Shown: positions 25,575 to 38,127 of the stretch, piece by piece
Position numbering within the stretch: the first letter of the stretch is position 1
Layout: every line of letters starts with the position of its first letter
Made by a program: the position numbers and the translations under genes
Notes under the pieces: generated by a model
Seen by the model: only the letters and a program-made list of their open reading frames with translations
Told to the model about the DNA's origin: nothing
The model's database searches: none
Origin: Paraspadella gotoi
Taxonomy: Eukaryota; Animalia; Chaetognatha
Assembly: GCA_051294375.1 (NCBI GenBank)
Contig: CM119270.1
Location: 3,095,436 to 3,159,435, forward strand
DNA: 64,000 bases
Reading direction: 5' to 3'

Positions 25575-28234
25575 ATGGCGACCAACGATTTCACGCTCGA
25601 CAACCGCCGCGCCCTCCTGGACAAGATGGCGCTGCTTGAAGAGGAGATCGCGTCGCTCCGCGAGAGCGGTCGCCAGGATTGTTCGTCTTGTCGGGCGACT
25701 AGAGGCGTCGAAGTCGCCGTGGCCTATCTCAACGAAAAAGCTCTCTGTCTCAATGGGATGGTGGAGGAGCTCCTCTCCGGATTCCCCGACGATCGCCTGA
25801 AGGACGTCGCCCAAGGCCTCAACGAAATCGTCCACGAATTGAAGAAATGCTGCGAGGACTGGACCGAGAAGGATGTGGCCCAATCTGCAGAGATGCCCGT
25901 GGTCGAACCAAAGACGGAGGCGCCTTCCGACTCTCCGCCTTTGGAACCTGTGGTCGCAGATTCGGCTGCATTCATACCTCCGGAGCCCGTCGTCCCGCCT
26001 CCAGAACCGGCCGTGGCGCCTCAGAACTCTTCGAACTCGGCTATCACCGCCCAGTATCCTTCCTCCGATCCTGTGGACTCTGCCGTCACTACTCAAGACC
26101 CTCCGGTCGCGTCTCCCTTGACGCCAGATAGCCACGCCCCTTCCGATTCCATCTCTACGATTCCGGAGGAAAATCCGACGGAAAAACGAAAGAAGCAAAA
26201 GAAGAAGAAAAAGAAAAAATCAAAGGCGGAAGCGAAAGTGGTGGAAGCGAAACCGGAAGCGAAAGCAGTGGAAGCGAAACCGGAAGCGAAAGTAGTGGAA
26301 GCAAAACCGGAAGCGAAAGTAGTGGAAGCGAAAGAATCGGGAAGCGTTAAGTCAGAATCGAAACCGGAAGACGCCGCGCCATCTTCGAAACCGAAGGATG
26401 ACGCGACGAAAGCCAAAACGACGCCGAATAATTCGCAAGAGAATGTCGATCACACGAGGGAAACCTCGGCGTCGTCGTCGTCGTCGTCATCGTGGTCGGC
26501 GTCATCTTCGGCGTCGGCGTCGGGGTCATCTTCGGCATCGTCGAAGGCGTCATCTTCGGCATCGTCGTCATCGTCGAAGGCGTCATCTTCGGCATCGCCG
26601 TCGGCGTCATATTCGGAATCGTCGTCGGCGTCATCTTCGGCATCGTCGAAGGCGTCATCTTCGGCATCGTCGTCGGCGTCATCTACGGCGTCGTCGTCGG
26701 CATCGTGGTCGGCGTCATCTTCGGCATCGTCGTCCACGTCGTCGTCAACCTCGGCGTCATTCTCATGGCCCGGCGCCACTTCTCCCCAAAACATCGAAGG
26801 ATCACAAGGCGGTCGCATTCCAGTCGCGTTCCTGGAACTTTTCAATTCCGAATTCAATTCCGTGCGCCAAGAGATGCAACCGCCGTTCGACATCACCCAA
26901 CTCAAGGTCGAGCTGGTGGAATTCGAAGTGGAAATTCGCGAGACGGAACCGACGGCGACGAATCTTCTGGCCAAAGTGCGAAACGAGTCGCAAGCCTTGG
27001 ATTGTTTGGGCGACAGCGGTTGCGAAAAAATGGGCGAGGCGGAGCGCGAGATCATGTCGCTCAGCGACGGTTGGGAGTCCGCGCAAAAGGTCATCAAATT
27101 GAGGAACGAAGTCGGTGATCTCAAGATCGATCTGATCAAAACGAGAGTCGCGATCAAAGAGATGAAACGCGATTGGCACTTGAGACGATTGAAAGAGATG
27201 AGGACGAAAGGACGAGGACAGGNNNNNNNNNNNNNNNNNNNNNNNNNNNNNNNNNNNNNNNNNNNNNNNNNNNNNNNNNNNNNNNNNNNNNNNNNNNNNN
27301 NNNNNNNNNNNNNNNNNNNNNNNNNNNNNNNNNNNNNNNNNNNNNNNNNNNNNNNNNNNNNNNNNNNNNNNNNNNNNNNNNNNNNNNNNNNNNNNNNNNN
27401 ACGAGACGGAGCAAGCGCGGGCATGAAGTCCCAATCCGGAAAAGGACATCTGGAAGTGGCACGAGTGCAAAACGGAAGAGGAGGAAATCCATTCGGGACA
27501 ACGAATGGAAAAAGAAGGAAAGAAGCGAATTTTCATCGAGAATCACAATGCGGCCCCATTTTGCACAAAGCGGTGGTGCGACATGTTCAGTTGAATCAGG
27601 TTGTGCAAAATTTGACAACAAAGGAGCAACGAAGATCTCTCTCTTTCAGTCGAAGGAGCAGTCGAAGGAGCAGTTGAAGGAGCAGTTGAAGGAGCAGCCG
27701 AAGGAGCAACCGAAGGAGCAGCCGAGGGAGCAGCCGAAGGAGCAGTCGAAGAATGAAATGGATTTGAAATTGACCGAACCGAATCCGGAGTGGGAAAAAA
27801 AGGTTGAACTCTCGACGAGGATCGAAATTGTGGTCAAACGCGGTTTGACTTGGTGGCCCCCCAAGGAGGCCGCCAAGCCGCTGAAGGTCAGGAAATGCTT
27901 CAACGAGCAGTGCCCTCTTCCTTCGCCGCCCAAGCAGATCTTTAAGTGCGAAATGTGCGCGGAACTCGGCTGGCGCGTGGTGAGGAAATACTGCGACCGA
28001 GCTTGCCAGAAGCGTGATTGGAAGGTGGCGCACAGGAAGGAACATAAGGAACCCGAGAAGGAACCCGAGAAGGAACCCGAGAAGGAAACCGAGAAGGAAC
28101 TCGAGAAGGAACACAAGAAGGAACCCGAGAGGGAACCCGAGAAGGAAACCGAGAAGGAACCCGAGAAGGAACCCGAGAAGGAACACAAGAAGAAACACAA
28201 GAAGAAACACAAGAAGAAGAAAGGAAGACGTTGA
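25575..28234 (+). CDS. Low-complexity/coiled-coil protein with C-terminal variant MYND zinc finger (MYND-1), apparently intronless
   Basis: Open from ATG 25575 (aagATGg) to the N gap 27223-27400, then continuing in another frame (gap length is arbitrary) to the stop at 28234. Contains CFNEQC...CEMC...YCDRACQKRDWKVAHRKEH plus EAKVVEAKP, Ser/Ala, KEQP and EPEK repeats. Confidence 0.75.
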
Positions 28235-29651
28235 ATGTTGAGTTTTTTTCTTGGGGTGGAGGGGGAGGAGAATCTCGTTCATTTTTAATTTATTTAGCTT
28301 TTTTAAAATTCCAANNNNNNNNNNNNNNNNNNNNNNNNNTCCAACTTTTTTCGATAATTTGGCTCGTGCCCTCGTTTCTGTCGAGCATTTCCGTTTTAAA
28401 AATCAAAATTTATTTAAATTCATTTTAATCAAATATTTATAATCAATTTATTTAAATTCATTTTAAACAAATCATTTAAATTCATTTTAATATATTATTT
28501 AATTCATTTTAAATCAAATTCATTTTAAATTCATTTAAAATCAAGTTCATTTTAATAAAATTCCATTAATTTATAAATCAATTATTTTAAATCAAATTCG
28601 TTAGACTCCCTATTTTAAATCAAATTCATTTTAAATCTAATTCAAATCGTATTTATTTCTCTTTTGTTTCTTTGTGTCCGGATAATATTCCTTTATTTTA
28701 GTCGTTTATTTTTTTGCTTTCCCCTCCCCACACCAAGTCTTCCCAGTCCAACACTAGTTCTAATTCATACTGGTGTTTTTGTTGTTTTTTTTTTGTTTTT
28801 TTTATCTTCGCTTAAATTATCTTTCCACGCTTCGTTTAACAAGTTTGTTGTTTGTTATCAACGTGATTGACTATCGTCTTTCTTTCGGAAAAAATTTACA
28901 ATTATTTTTTCATTTATCGCAATCAAATAGTTTTTCTTTTGCTCATAATTTTGAAGAAATGAAACCAATTCGATCAATATATTGAGAATTTTGAAATGGA
29001 AAATTTAAATAAAAAAGTAATTAAAGTCACTGGTTTATTAGCATATTGGGACGCAACCATTTTCAGATTAAGAAATGAATTTATCTTGAACAAGGTTATG
29101 AACGACAACAATGCCAATGGCTCAGATGCTTAAGTATAAAACAAAGGTCAATGACGGGAGGAAAGAGGAAGAGAAGCGAGAGGAGAGTGAGTTAGACAAG
29201 AGAGAGTGAAACAAAGTTTCACGTTTTAAGGTTGCGGTGGAGTGTTCGTCCACAACATACTTTTTATACGGAGGAAGAAAGATCAAGCGAAAGTTTATGC
29301 CATAAAAACTGATCTTCCAACTCTGATGGTCGAGCTCTACTCACGGGAGCCAAGTCTCTACCAATAGAAGACAGGAATAGGTCGGCGTCGCGCTCTTCTT
29401 TTCCCGGGCTGTCTTGGGTGTTGATGTCTTGGATGCGCGCTCAGACCAAACCGCGGAAACCGCACGGAAACTGCTGCCTTTCTTGATCACGAATTTCTTC
29501 ACGTTTCGCTTTCGGCGTCCGTTTTTTTTTTTTTTTCGAAAGACGCAAATGTTTTTTTTTTTGGTTTTTTCTCCGATAAGTAAAATTGAAAAAAAAAAAC
29601 AAGGTTTTACTTTAATTAAAGTTTAGTTTAAAAGCCAGACAAAAATCGAAC

Positions 29652-32643
29652 ATGTTCTGGTGAGTCTGTTGACTCGCTGCCAGATCCTTCGCCGTAATAC
29701 AAAGCGGAAAATAGATTACGATTTTCTTTTTGGCATAATTTTACTTCGCCGACCTGATTTTGGTGGGGTAAGTTATGTAGTTTAGGGGTAATTAGGTAAT
29801 TATGTAATTTTTTTTTTAAATGAATATTTTAAGGGTTTTCAAAAATCAGCGAAAATAAAATTTTATACCTTTTTTTTTTATTAGAAACCAAGTCCTTTCC
29901 GCATCCTACTTTTACTTATTTTAATTTGGCTGAATTCTGAAAGTCTAACTTAAACACCAAGCCTGTCAAAGTCAGGGGCAAGATAGCTTATTTATAAATG
30001 AATGGCGATAATTTTTATATGGTTGTTACCAATTTCATGGAAGATCACGGTTATTAATTATTATATAATTATATAATATAACTTATATCGGTCTGTGTCT
30101 ATGTCGAGCAGGGTTATTTTGTCGAGGTGAACTTTCTATATAATTTTATGTAAGTAACTGATATAACATGCGTACAGTACATTGGACAATGTACATGAAA
30201 TCGACTAGTTTGATTTAAATGTAGATACTGCAGCAGCTCAACGATTAGTGGTTCGCGCCTCGTAAGGGACGTTTTCAGCGTCGGTAAGAAAAGTGTTAAA
30301 CCTCTCATCCCTGTGCTACACCAATTTATATATAATATTTTTGTGAAGTTTGAGAAAAAAAGGGTTCACTTTTTAAATTTGAATCCAGATGTTCATTTAC
30401 ATATTGTATTTTTTACATTTTAGGGAACGTTAGGATGTTTTTAAATGCAGGTAACAAGTGGCCTCTTTTTTTTCTCGCAAAAGTGTATTAGTACATATAT
30501 GCGTTTTCCGCTTAGCAGATAATATTTCAAAACTTTAAACAAGCTTCATAAAACGAAAAAAATAACCAAACTAAAGATAGAAGAAATCATCGTTCCGGAA
30601 GAGGGCTCTCGGGGCCCTGCGCTCGTCAAGGGGCTTAACGCCCACGAAGGGCGTGGATCTAATCCGGTAAACGCTACAACTAAATATTTGTTTTTCAATA
30701 ATAGTAAAAATCTCTTACAAAAAATCATTGATGTCTGTTAATGTAAGTACTTTGTGGATCAATTCAAATTAGAGGTCCATTAATCTCATTTGCATATTGT
30801 GTTTTAGATTACGCTCTTATAAATTTATTATCAATGCCTTGTCGTTTTAATACTATTTTCCGCGGAAAAAAATATTATGGTGCGACTAAAATCACTAACC
30901 GCGTCTTAAGCGGCCATGAGTGTAGGAGCAAGTCTTTCGCCTCCCAGCCCCAAAACGGTCCCGGGGTTAGCCCGGTGACCGGGTAGCATCAAGAGGGACG
31001 GGGTGTTTACAGCCTGATTCCGTTAGCTCAGGGACTGCTTTTAGTGAATGGTTCTTTCATTAACTCATCATTATCTAATATAAAAAAATACTTCTGTCCC
31101 TATTTATAATTATTAGTTGAAATAAAAATGTAATAAGAATTCTGACCAAATCTTTCGATTTAGTGTCAACGATCACGACGAAGGTCAACTGCGTCGTCAC
31201 GGGTTATCTCGAGGAAGAGAGACAACAGCTGACGTCCATGTGGAAACTTCGTTGCAAGACCCGCACTGGTACTATGAAACTTGATTAGGTTCCTACATAC
31301 AATTGAAACCATTAAACAATAAACAAAATGATAGTTACGATTTTTAGAGATTTTCTGTTCAATGATAAATTTTTATCATAATTTTCATTGTCTTATTACG
31401 TCAGCTCGAAAATCTGCAACCGGATAATAAGCCAGTTGCGAACGACCCATTTCATAACGCTATCCTGGCTTTAAATCGGGTAAAAATTGAATTGTTTGTG
31501 GAATCACCCAACCCCTCGCAAAAAAAAAAAAAAAAATTTCAATTGTGCAGGGAAAAACCAATGACTTTCGTCAAAAGATACAAAATCTGGAAAAGGCTTT
31601 GGAGATGGAGAAAAACACTCCGATTATTACGCCGAAAAAAATTTTCGGGAGCTTATGCATGAAAGGGAATATTATGATTTCAGCATCAACAGGAGAAGAC
31701 GAAATATGAAGAGGACATCAGCAAATGTAAGCAAAATGTACGGAATTGATCGGACATAAAATTTTAAAACTTTGACGAAGAATTGAGAAAATGCACAGAG
31801 CAGCACGCGTCGTCGAATCCCCAAACGGAAGGGACGGCGCCGAAGAAGATGAAAACCTGCTTTGAAGTCAACGCGTCCGTCGACTGCCCAAACATTTGGA
31901 AACGGAGAAAGGTCAACCCAGCGGGAGAAGTTTAAGAAAGGAAAAAGAAGAAAAGACAAAGAGGAAATCTGAGAAAGCGGGAGAGAGGGAGCAAGATTCT
32001 GAGGGAAGGAAAGAGAGGAGTGGCGAGAGACGAAGAGAGGGCGCCAATCACTGGAGAAAGAAGACACGGGCGCAGATTCTGGTGGGATGAACAGAGGGAG
32101 CAAGGTTTTTTGATGGGAACGAAGAAAGGTCAATGGGCTCTCGTAGAACAAAGAAAGGTCCGTACTTAGTTGGTGCTGATGGGAAGGACTGCGGCGCAAG
32201 GTTCAGATGGAATGGAAATGAAAAAGGGGCGCAAGGCTTTGAGGAAAATGAACTGAGGGCGCTAGAGTGACGATGGGGAAAGAAAAGAGGCGCTCGGTTG
32301 TTTCATGGGAAGGAACAGAAGGCAAAGACGCATTTTCGGAATAGGAATCGGCCCAACCCCCGTCGACGTCGAAGCGCAGTTAAAAATTGAGGAGCCTTTT
32401 CGTCGCGCTCGTGGCCTCTCTATCACCCGATCCTGGCATCGAAGAAGAGGGCGCTGCTTCAATCGTTCTTTGCTGGAACATCCTTCGACATGGACGAAAG
32501 CTGGGATGTGCCAATGTTGCCGCGGTGAAGTTGGACGAGGATTCGACCTTTATTGGCTGCAAAGAATGCCAGGGAGCGATTGGACTACAGGCATAGAAAA
32601 GAGCATGCCGAGTCAGCTGACGCTCTTCTACCAGGATTTTAAC
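29652..32643 (+). pseudogene. Frameshifted duplicate of MYND-2 (probably an error-laden redundant copy)
   Basis: Colinear with 38128-41305 but carries many 1-bp indels. Confidence 0.6.
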
Positions 32644-33321
32644 GAGAAGAACAGGAAGACGAGGAAATACGCAAAGTCTTGACGGAATTCATCCTGATGC
32701 GAATCGATTTACACCATCGACGCGATAGGGTTTTTCCTGCCAGACTTTCGTGAAAATTTTATTACATAATTATAATGTAGTAATATTATATGTATATTAT
32801 AAATGACTTCGCGTTTCGGTCGTTTGATGTTTTTTTATCGCCGAATTTTTTTTTTTCAAAAAAAAAAAAAACACAAATATGAAATAATTTGATAATTATT
32901 TATTCTTTGATTTTTCTAACTTTTTTTTTTATATTTCTGCTTAATTATTGTATTGGTCTATTGTATTGGTGTTGTTATGTTTTGGGGAATTGTTAAATAT
33001 CATTGTGCTTTTAAAATTTTTTCAAATTATATATTTGGCAGTATTTCCTATTCAACAAAAAAATTCGTTAAATGATTATGTATTTTCCATGTAGGAAAAG
33101 CAGGCGCTATCGCAGCTAGCAGAATCAAGCCGTCAATTACCCTGCCTCCCATTTCAACTTGCTACTATTAAAAGAGATGAAAAGATAAATGAGCGGATGT
33201 ATATATGTGTATAATAATGTAATATATAACCCACGCAACAAATTAAACACACGTCTTAAAAATTAACGCTAAACAACTCATTTGGGATAATTAACGAATG
33301 TGAGGTACGTTGTGTTAAACC

Positions 33322-36300
33322 TCATCTTGTGAGATCTACGGAATGCGTCGTTGTGTTAAACGGAACAACGGCATTTTCATCGGTATTATTATCCAGTGAT
33401 CTTCGGGCTTCAAAAAGGCGCATACTCGTGCCGTGCAAAGGCGATCGTCTGAAAAACAAAACATCTCATTCCAAGTCTCAAGTTTTTTTTGCTGATCAAA
33501 ACAAAAAGTCAGCGAAGTTTAAAAAGTTGGTTCCGTTTGTCAGAAACAAAAGGCTCACTTTCCCGCCTTACCTGGTTGTAAAAGGAATATCCAAAGGGTA
33601 GTCCAACAGGATTGACCACGGACGACAATGCTAGAGGTTGGCGAATCGACCCAACCGACGAGCGAAATAAGTCGGATTTCGAGGCCCTGATTTTAAGGAC
33701 AGAAGTCTCGATTCATTGCTATCATAAAAGGAATATACTTTTACATTTAATTTTAAATTAAATCCAATTTAGTCTAATAATAGTAGGGGCAAGACAGCTT
33801 ATTTATTTAAATGAATGGTAATTTTTATATTTGGTAAGTGTACCAATTTCATAGTTAAAACAAGTAATCTTTCAATTTTTCATAAGATATTAACGTAGCA
33901 GGACCCTGCGACCTTTCAATCAAGACTCTCTCATTGTCTATTTCATGCAATCTGATTTAAAAGAGTCACAGCCACTTTTCCTCCTTTTACCTGAAGATGC
34001 TGCCAAAGTAAGGAATTGTAACATGTGCTTGGCTGAAGTGGACCTCGTGCTTCTCCTGCGCCAGTTGTCGAGTGGATCCTGACTTCGGGATCGTCTCGAC
34101 CCCAATTCGCCATGGATGAGACGGCGAAGGAGACGAGCCATTGGGACAACGTCGGACGCCCTCGGGGGAACTCCCGATGCGAACCTTAAGATGAGGCGAA
34201 TGAGTTTTTTTTTTTATTTCATATTTATTCTATATTAACTAATTATAGTAATTAAACTATAAAAACGGTGCGAAAGTTCTTCCCGCTTCAAACGTTCGTA
34301 ACAACGTATCAAGAACAACAACAACAACCCCCGCCCTCCGATTTCCCCACGCCCCCTCCCCCCAAACCTCGTCGTCGATCTCCGGGATGATGGCGGCCGT
34401 CCTCAGCCGTGCTGCATGGCGCGTCGCCAAATCCGCGTAGACGTGATCCCCGAAATATAGACGCGGGTCCGCGCCACGGTCAAACTTTACGAAAAGAGTT
34501 CCAAGTTTCCGTTTGTATGTAGTATTCCCTTGCGAGCCGACGCCACCTGCTGCCAATGCATCCTCGCGCTCGGGGTTCGAACTCGCGGAAGGGGCCCACC
34601 AGATTGTACGACGGAGAAGGGCCGCTGGCGATCCCGCGAAAAACTTGGGCTTGCGGGCCTGGAGAGAAGGGAGGAGGCGGATAAGGAGGGAAATATAAAT
34701 AATTAGCCTAAAATTAAATCGATAAATAAATTTACAATTCGCAAAAAATAGTAAAATAGGGATTTTTTCCAAGAGTCGGGGCAACGACCGAGCCATTTCT
34801 ACCCCATGCAAACGTTATAGTAGTGGGGAATATTATTGTATTCCTATACATTATTTTCTTTTATAATTACAAATCCGCAAGATAAAAATCTCTTTTTCGA
34901 CCTGATTTTCAATGGAGATCTTCACCTGGCATGACGAGACGTCGAAGAGTTTCTCCCATCCGGGGCCCGACGATGTAGTTCATCCCCTCGTTGACGAAGT
35001 GAAGCGGCTGTTGGTGATGAGAAAGGAACTTCTTGTCTGTGCTCCTGCAAGTGCTCCAGCAACTTGGCGGAATTTTCGCTGTGCTTTCCTTAATGAGTTT
35101 CCAAAAAAAAAAAAAAAAAAAAAGAAAAAATAAATTAAGAAGAAATAGAATTAGGAAAATAGAAAATATGACAAAATTCGACCAATATTTACCCCAAAAC
35201 TTTTAAGCTAAAAAAAAAATATTAACCAAGAAACTACAGTAGTAAAAGTTCAAAACCTAAAACGAAGTAAAAATAAAAAAAGTTAAACCAATATGGTGGA
35301 CTAAAAATCCACCAACCGTTCATCATCGACCATTGGTGCCGGAGGGCAAGTCATTTTGCCTCCCAACCCCAAAGGTCCGGGTTCTACTGTTCTTTCAACA
35401 ATAACAAAGAAAACGTATTGACGATTGAAAAAAAAAAAAAAGGGAAAACCTGAGATAAATGTCGATGTTGTCGATGATCGTGGAGTGGAGGATTCCGGAA
35501 AATGTGAAGATGCTCGATTGGCAAATTCCTCACGTCGTAGTAGAGGTACTGAGGAACGGGGTGATGTTGTTTCGCGAAAAAACGTGGTCAGGTTGGCGAG
35601 CAGAACGATCTCGGGCACCGCGAAAAAGTCCATTGAGTTGCACCATGTCGGACCCTTGCCGTAGGTAGTTGCCCAACTTGGTGTAGGTACGTGGGCTCCC
35701 TCATAAGCGGCCATTATCTCGTCGGGTTGGGGACCCGTTCGTAGCCGCAAAAAGACGCTGTCTATTTGTACGTTTGAGGAACAGTGTCCAACTTGACGCC
35801 CCAACCTATGAAGAGTGCAGGGGTGAGGCGGATGTACGATGACAAAAAACGACAACTGGCCCCATCTTTGTTTCATCTCTCTGTTATAATCGCTTTTATC
35901 ATAAATATCTCGATTACAATACAGCGAAAATAGACTTCCGCGTACCTCTCCTGATGTCGTTTAATGAAGCCCCGAATAGCGAAGTCCGGAACTGTAAGGC
36001 TGCTCAGAATCTCCTCGGGATATCGGTTATTCCTCGACAAAGTTTGACCCCCAGGTCGAATGAGTCGATCGAGCGTTCCGATAGAGGGCCAAGGTGTAGT
36101 CGTAGTCGAAGCCGTAGACGTCGACTGTCTCCGAGGCGGAGATGGTTTGTTGGCGAAGATGCTGCTGGGTTGGACCAAGGATTCCAGCTCATTTCTAAAG
36201 TGGTCATGATGTTGTTGGAAAGGTAAAAGGAAGGCGATGGAATTAAAATTAGTGTACATATATTTAACAAGGATGTTTGATTGATTGATTGATGATTGAT

Positions 36301-36695
36301 TATCTCTCACTAACTAATATTTATCGTTCGTTATATTTGTTGATCTGGACTTCCACCATGAACATTTAACCTTAAAAAGCCACAAACATTTTCCCATCCC
36401 TCACCGCAGATCGAGGTCGTCGCCTACTTTTGGCGCGTCGTAGGCGTTCAAAAAGTTCAGACAAATTCGGCGGATTGTTCAAATCCCCGGTATTGATTTG
36501 CCATTGCCATTTTGGATCCAATTGTGTCATGCGTCGTCGTCGGTCGTCCCGAATCCGCGGGAGGTCGACGCAATTTTCGTCGAAGCGCGCGGCGGGAAAA
36601 GGATTAGGAGTTGGGCCGGCGGAAGCGGCGCCCGGGTACCCAAAGCAGCGCGCCGCCAAAGCGGCGCCCCGACCAATTGAGAGTCGAGCCATCAT
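33322..36695 (-). pseudogene. Frameshifted copy A of the NT5DC2/3-like gene (probably redundant and error-laden)
   Basis: Fragments YFGDHVYADLAT, MDFFAVPEIVLLANL and IFAN are visible, with frequent indels. Confidence 0.65.
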
Positions 36696-38127
36696 CGGCG
36701 TCGACGAAGTCAGGAATCAAGTTCATAGTTGTTTAAATAAAATGGCGAGGGAAAAAAAACATAAAAGTTTATAAAATACATATATTGATATAAAAATATA
36801 GATTTAAAAATAAATAAATCATTTGACCGATTTAGAAACACTTTAAAAATTAACAATTTCTATCGTCATTTTGCGTTAAACAATGCAAAAGCAAACAATA
36901 AATCTCTCTTAATTCATTTTAAATCAAATTCATTTTAAATTCATTTTAAATCATATTCATTTTTAATCAAATTCATTTTAAATTTATTTTAAATCAAATT
37001 CATTTTAAATCAAATTCGTTTTAGATCCATTTTAAATCAAATTCATTTTAAATCTAATTCAAATCGATTTATTTCTCTTTTGTTTCTTTGTCGTCGGATA
37101 ATTTCCTTTATTATCGTTTATTTTTTGCTTTCCCCCTCCCCCACACCAAGTCTCCCCAGTCTCAACACTAGTTCTAATTTTCATACTGGTGTTTTTGTTG
37201 TTTTTTTTTGTTTCTTTTTTTTTATCTCGTAAAATTATCTTTCCGTTCGTTAACAGTTTGTTGTTGTTATCAACGTGATTGACTGTCGTCTTTCTTTCGG
37301 AAAAATACAATTTTTTTTTTCATATCGAATCAAATAGTTTTTCTTTTGCTCATAATTTTTGAAGAAATGAAACAATTCGATCAATATATTGAGAATTTGA
37401 AATGAAAATTAAATAAAAAGTAATTAAGTCACTGGTTTATTAGCATATTGTGGACGCAACAATTTTCAGATTAAGAATGAATTTATTCTTGAACAAGGTT
37501 ATGAACGACAACAATGCAATGGCTCAGATGCTAAGTATAAAACAAAGGTCAATGACGGAGGGAAAGAGAGAGAGCGAGAGAGAGTGAGTTAGAAAGAGAG
37601 AGTGAAACAAAGTTCACGTTTAAGGTTGCGTGGAGTCGTTCGTCCACAACATACTTTTTATACGGAGAAGTATCAAGCGAAAGTTTTATGCCATAAAACT
37701 GATCTTCCAACTCTGATTGGTCGAGCTCTACTCGAGGGAGCCAAGTCTCTACCAATAGGAAGACAGAATAGGTCGGCGTCGCGGCTCTTCTTTTCCCGGG
37801 CTGTCTGGGTGTTGATGTCTTGGATGCGCGCTCAGACCAAACCACGGAAACCGCACGGAAACTGCTGCCTCTTGNNNNNNNNNNNNNNNNNNNNNNNNNN
37901 NNNNNNNNNNNNNNNNNNNNNNNNNNNNNNNNNNNNNNNNNNNNNNNNNNNNNNNNNNNNNNNNNNNNNNNNNNNNNNNNNNNNNNNNNNNNNNNNNNNN
38001 NNNNNNNNNNNNNNNNNNNNNNNNNNNNNNNNNNNNNNNNNNNNNNNNNNNNNNNNNNNNNNNNNNNNNNNNNNNNNNNNNNNNNNNNNNNAATATAAAG
38101 TTAGTTTAAAACCAGACAAAATCGAAC

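Noticed and set aside
33322-36695. A genuine cluster of NT5DC pseudogenes
   Set aside because: The indel-dominated error pattern and identical duplicated block point to uncorrected reads rather than biological decay; not fully excluded.
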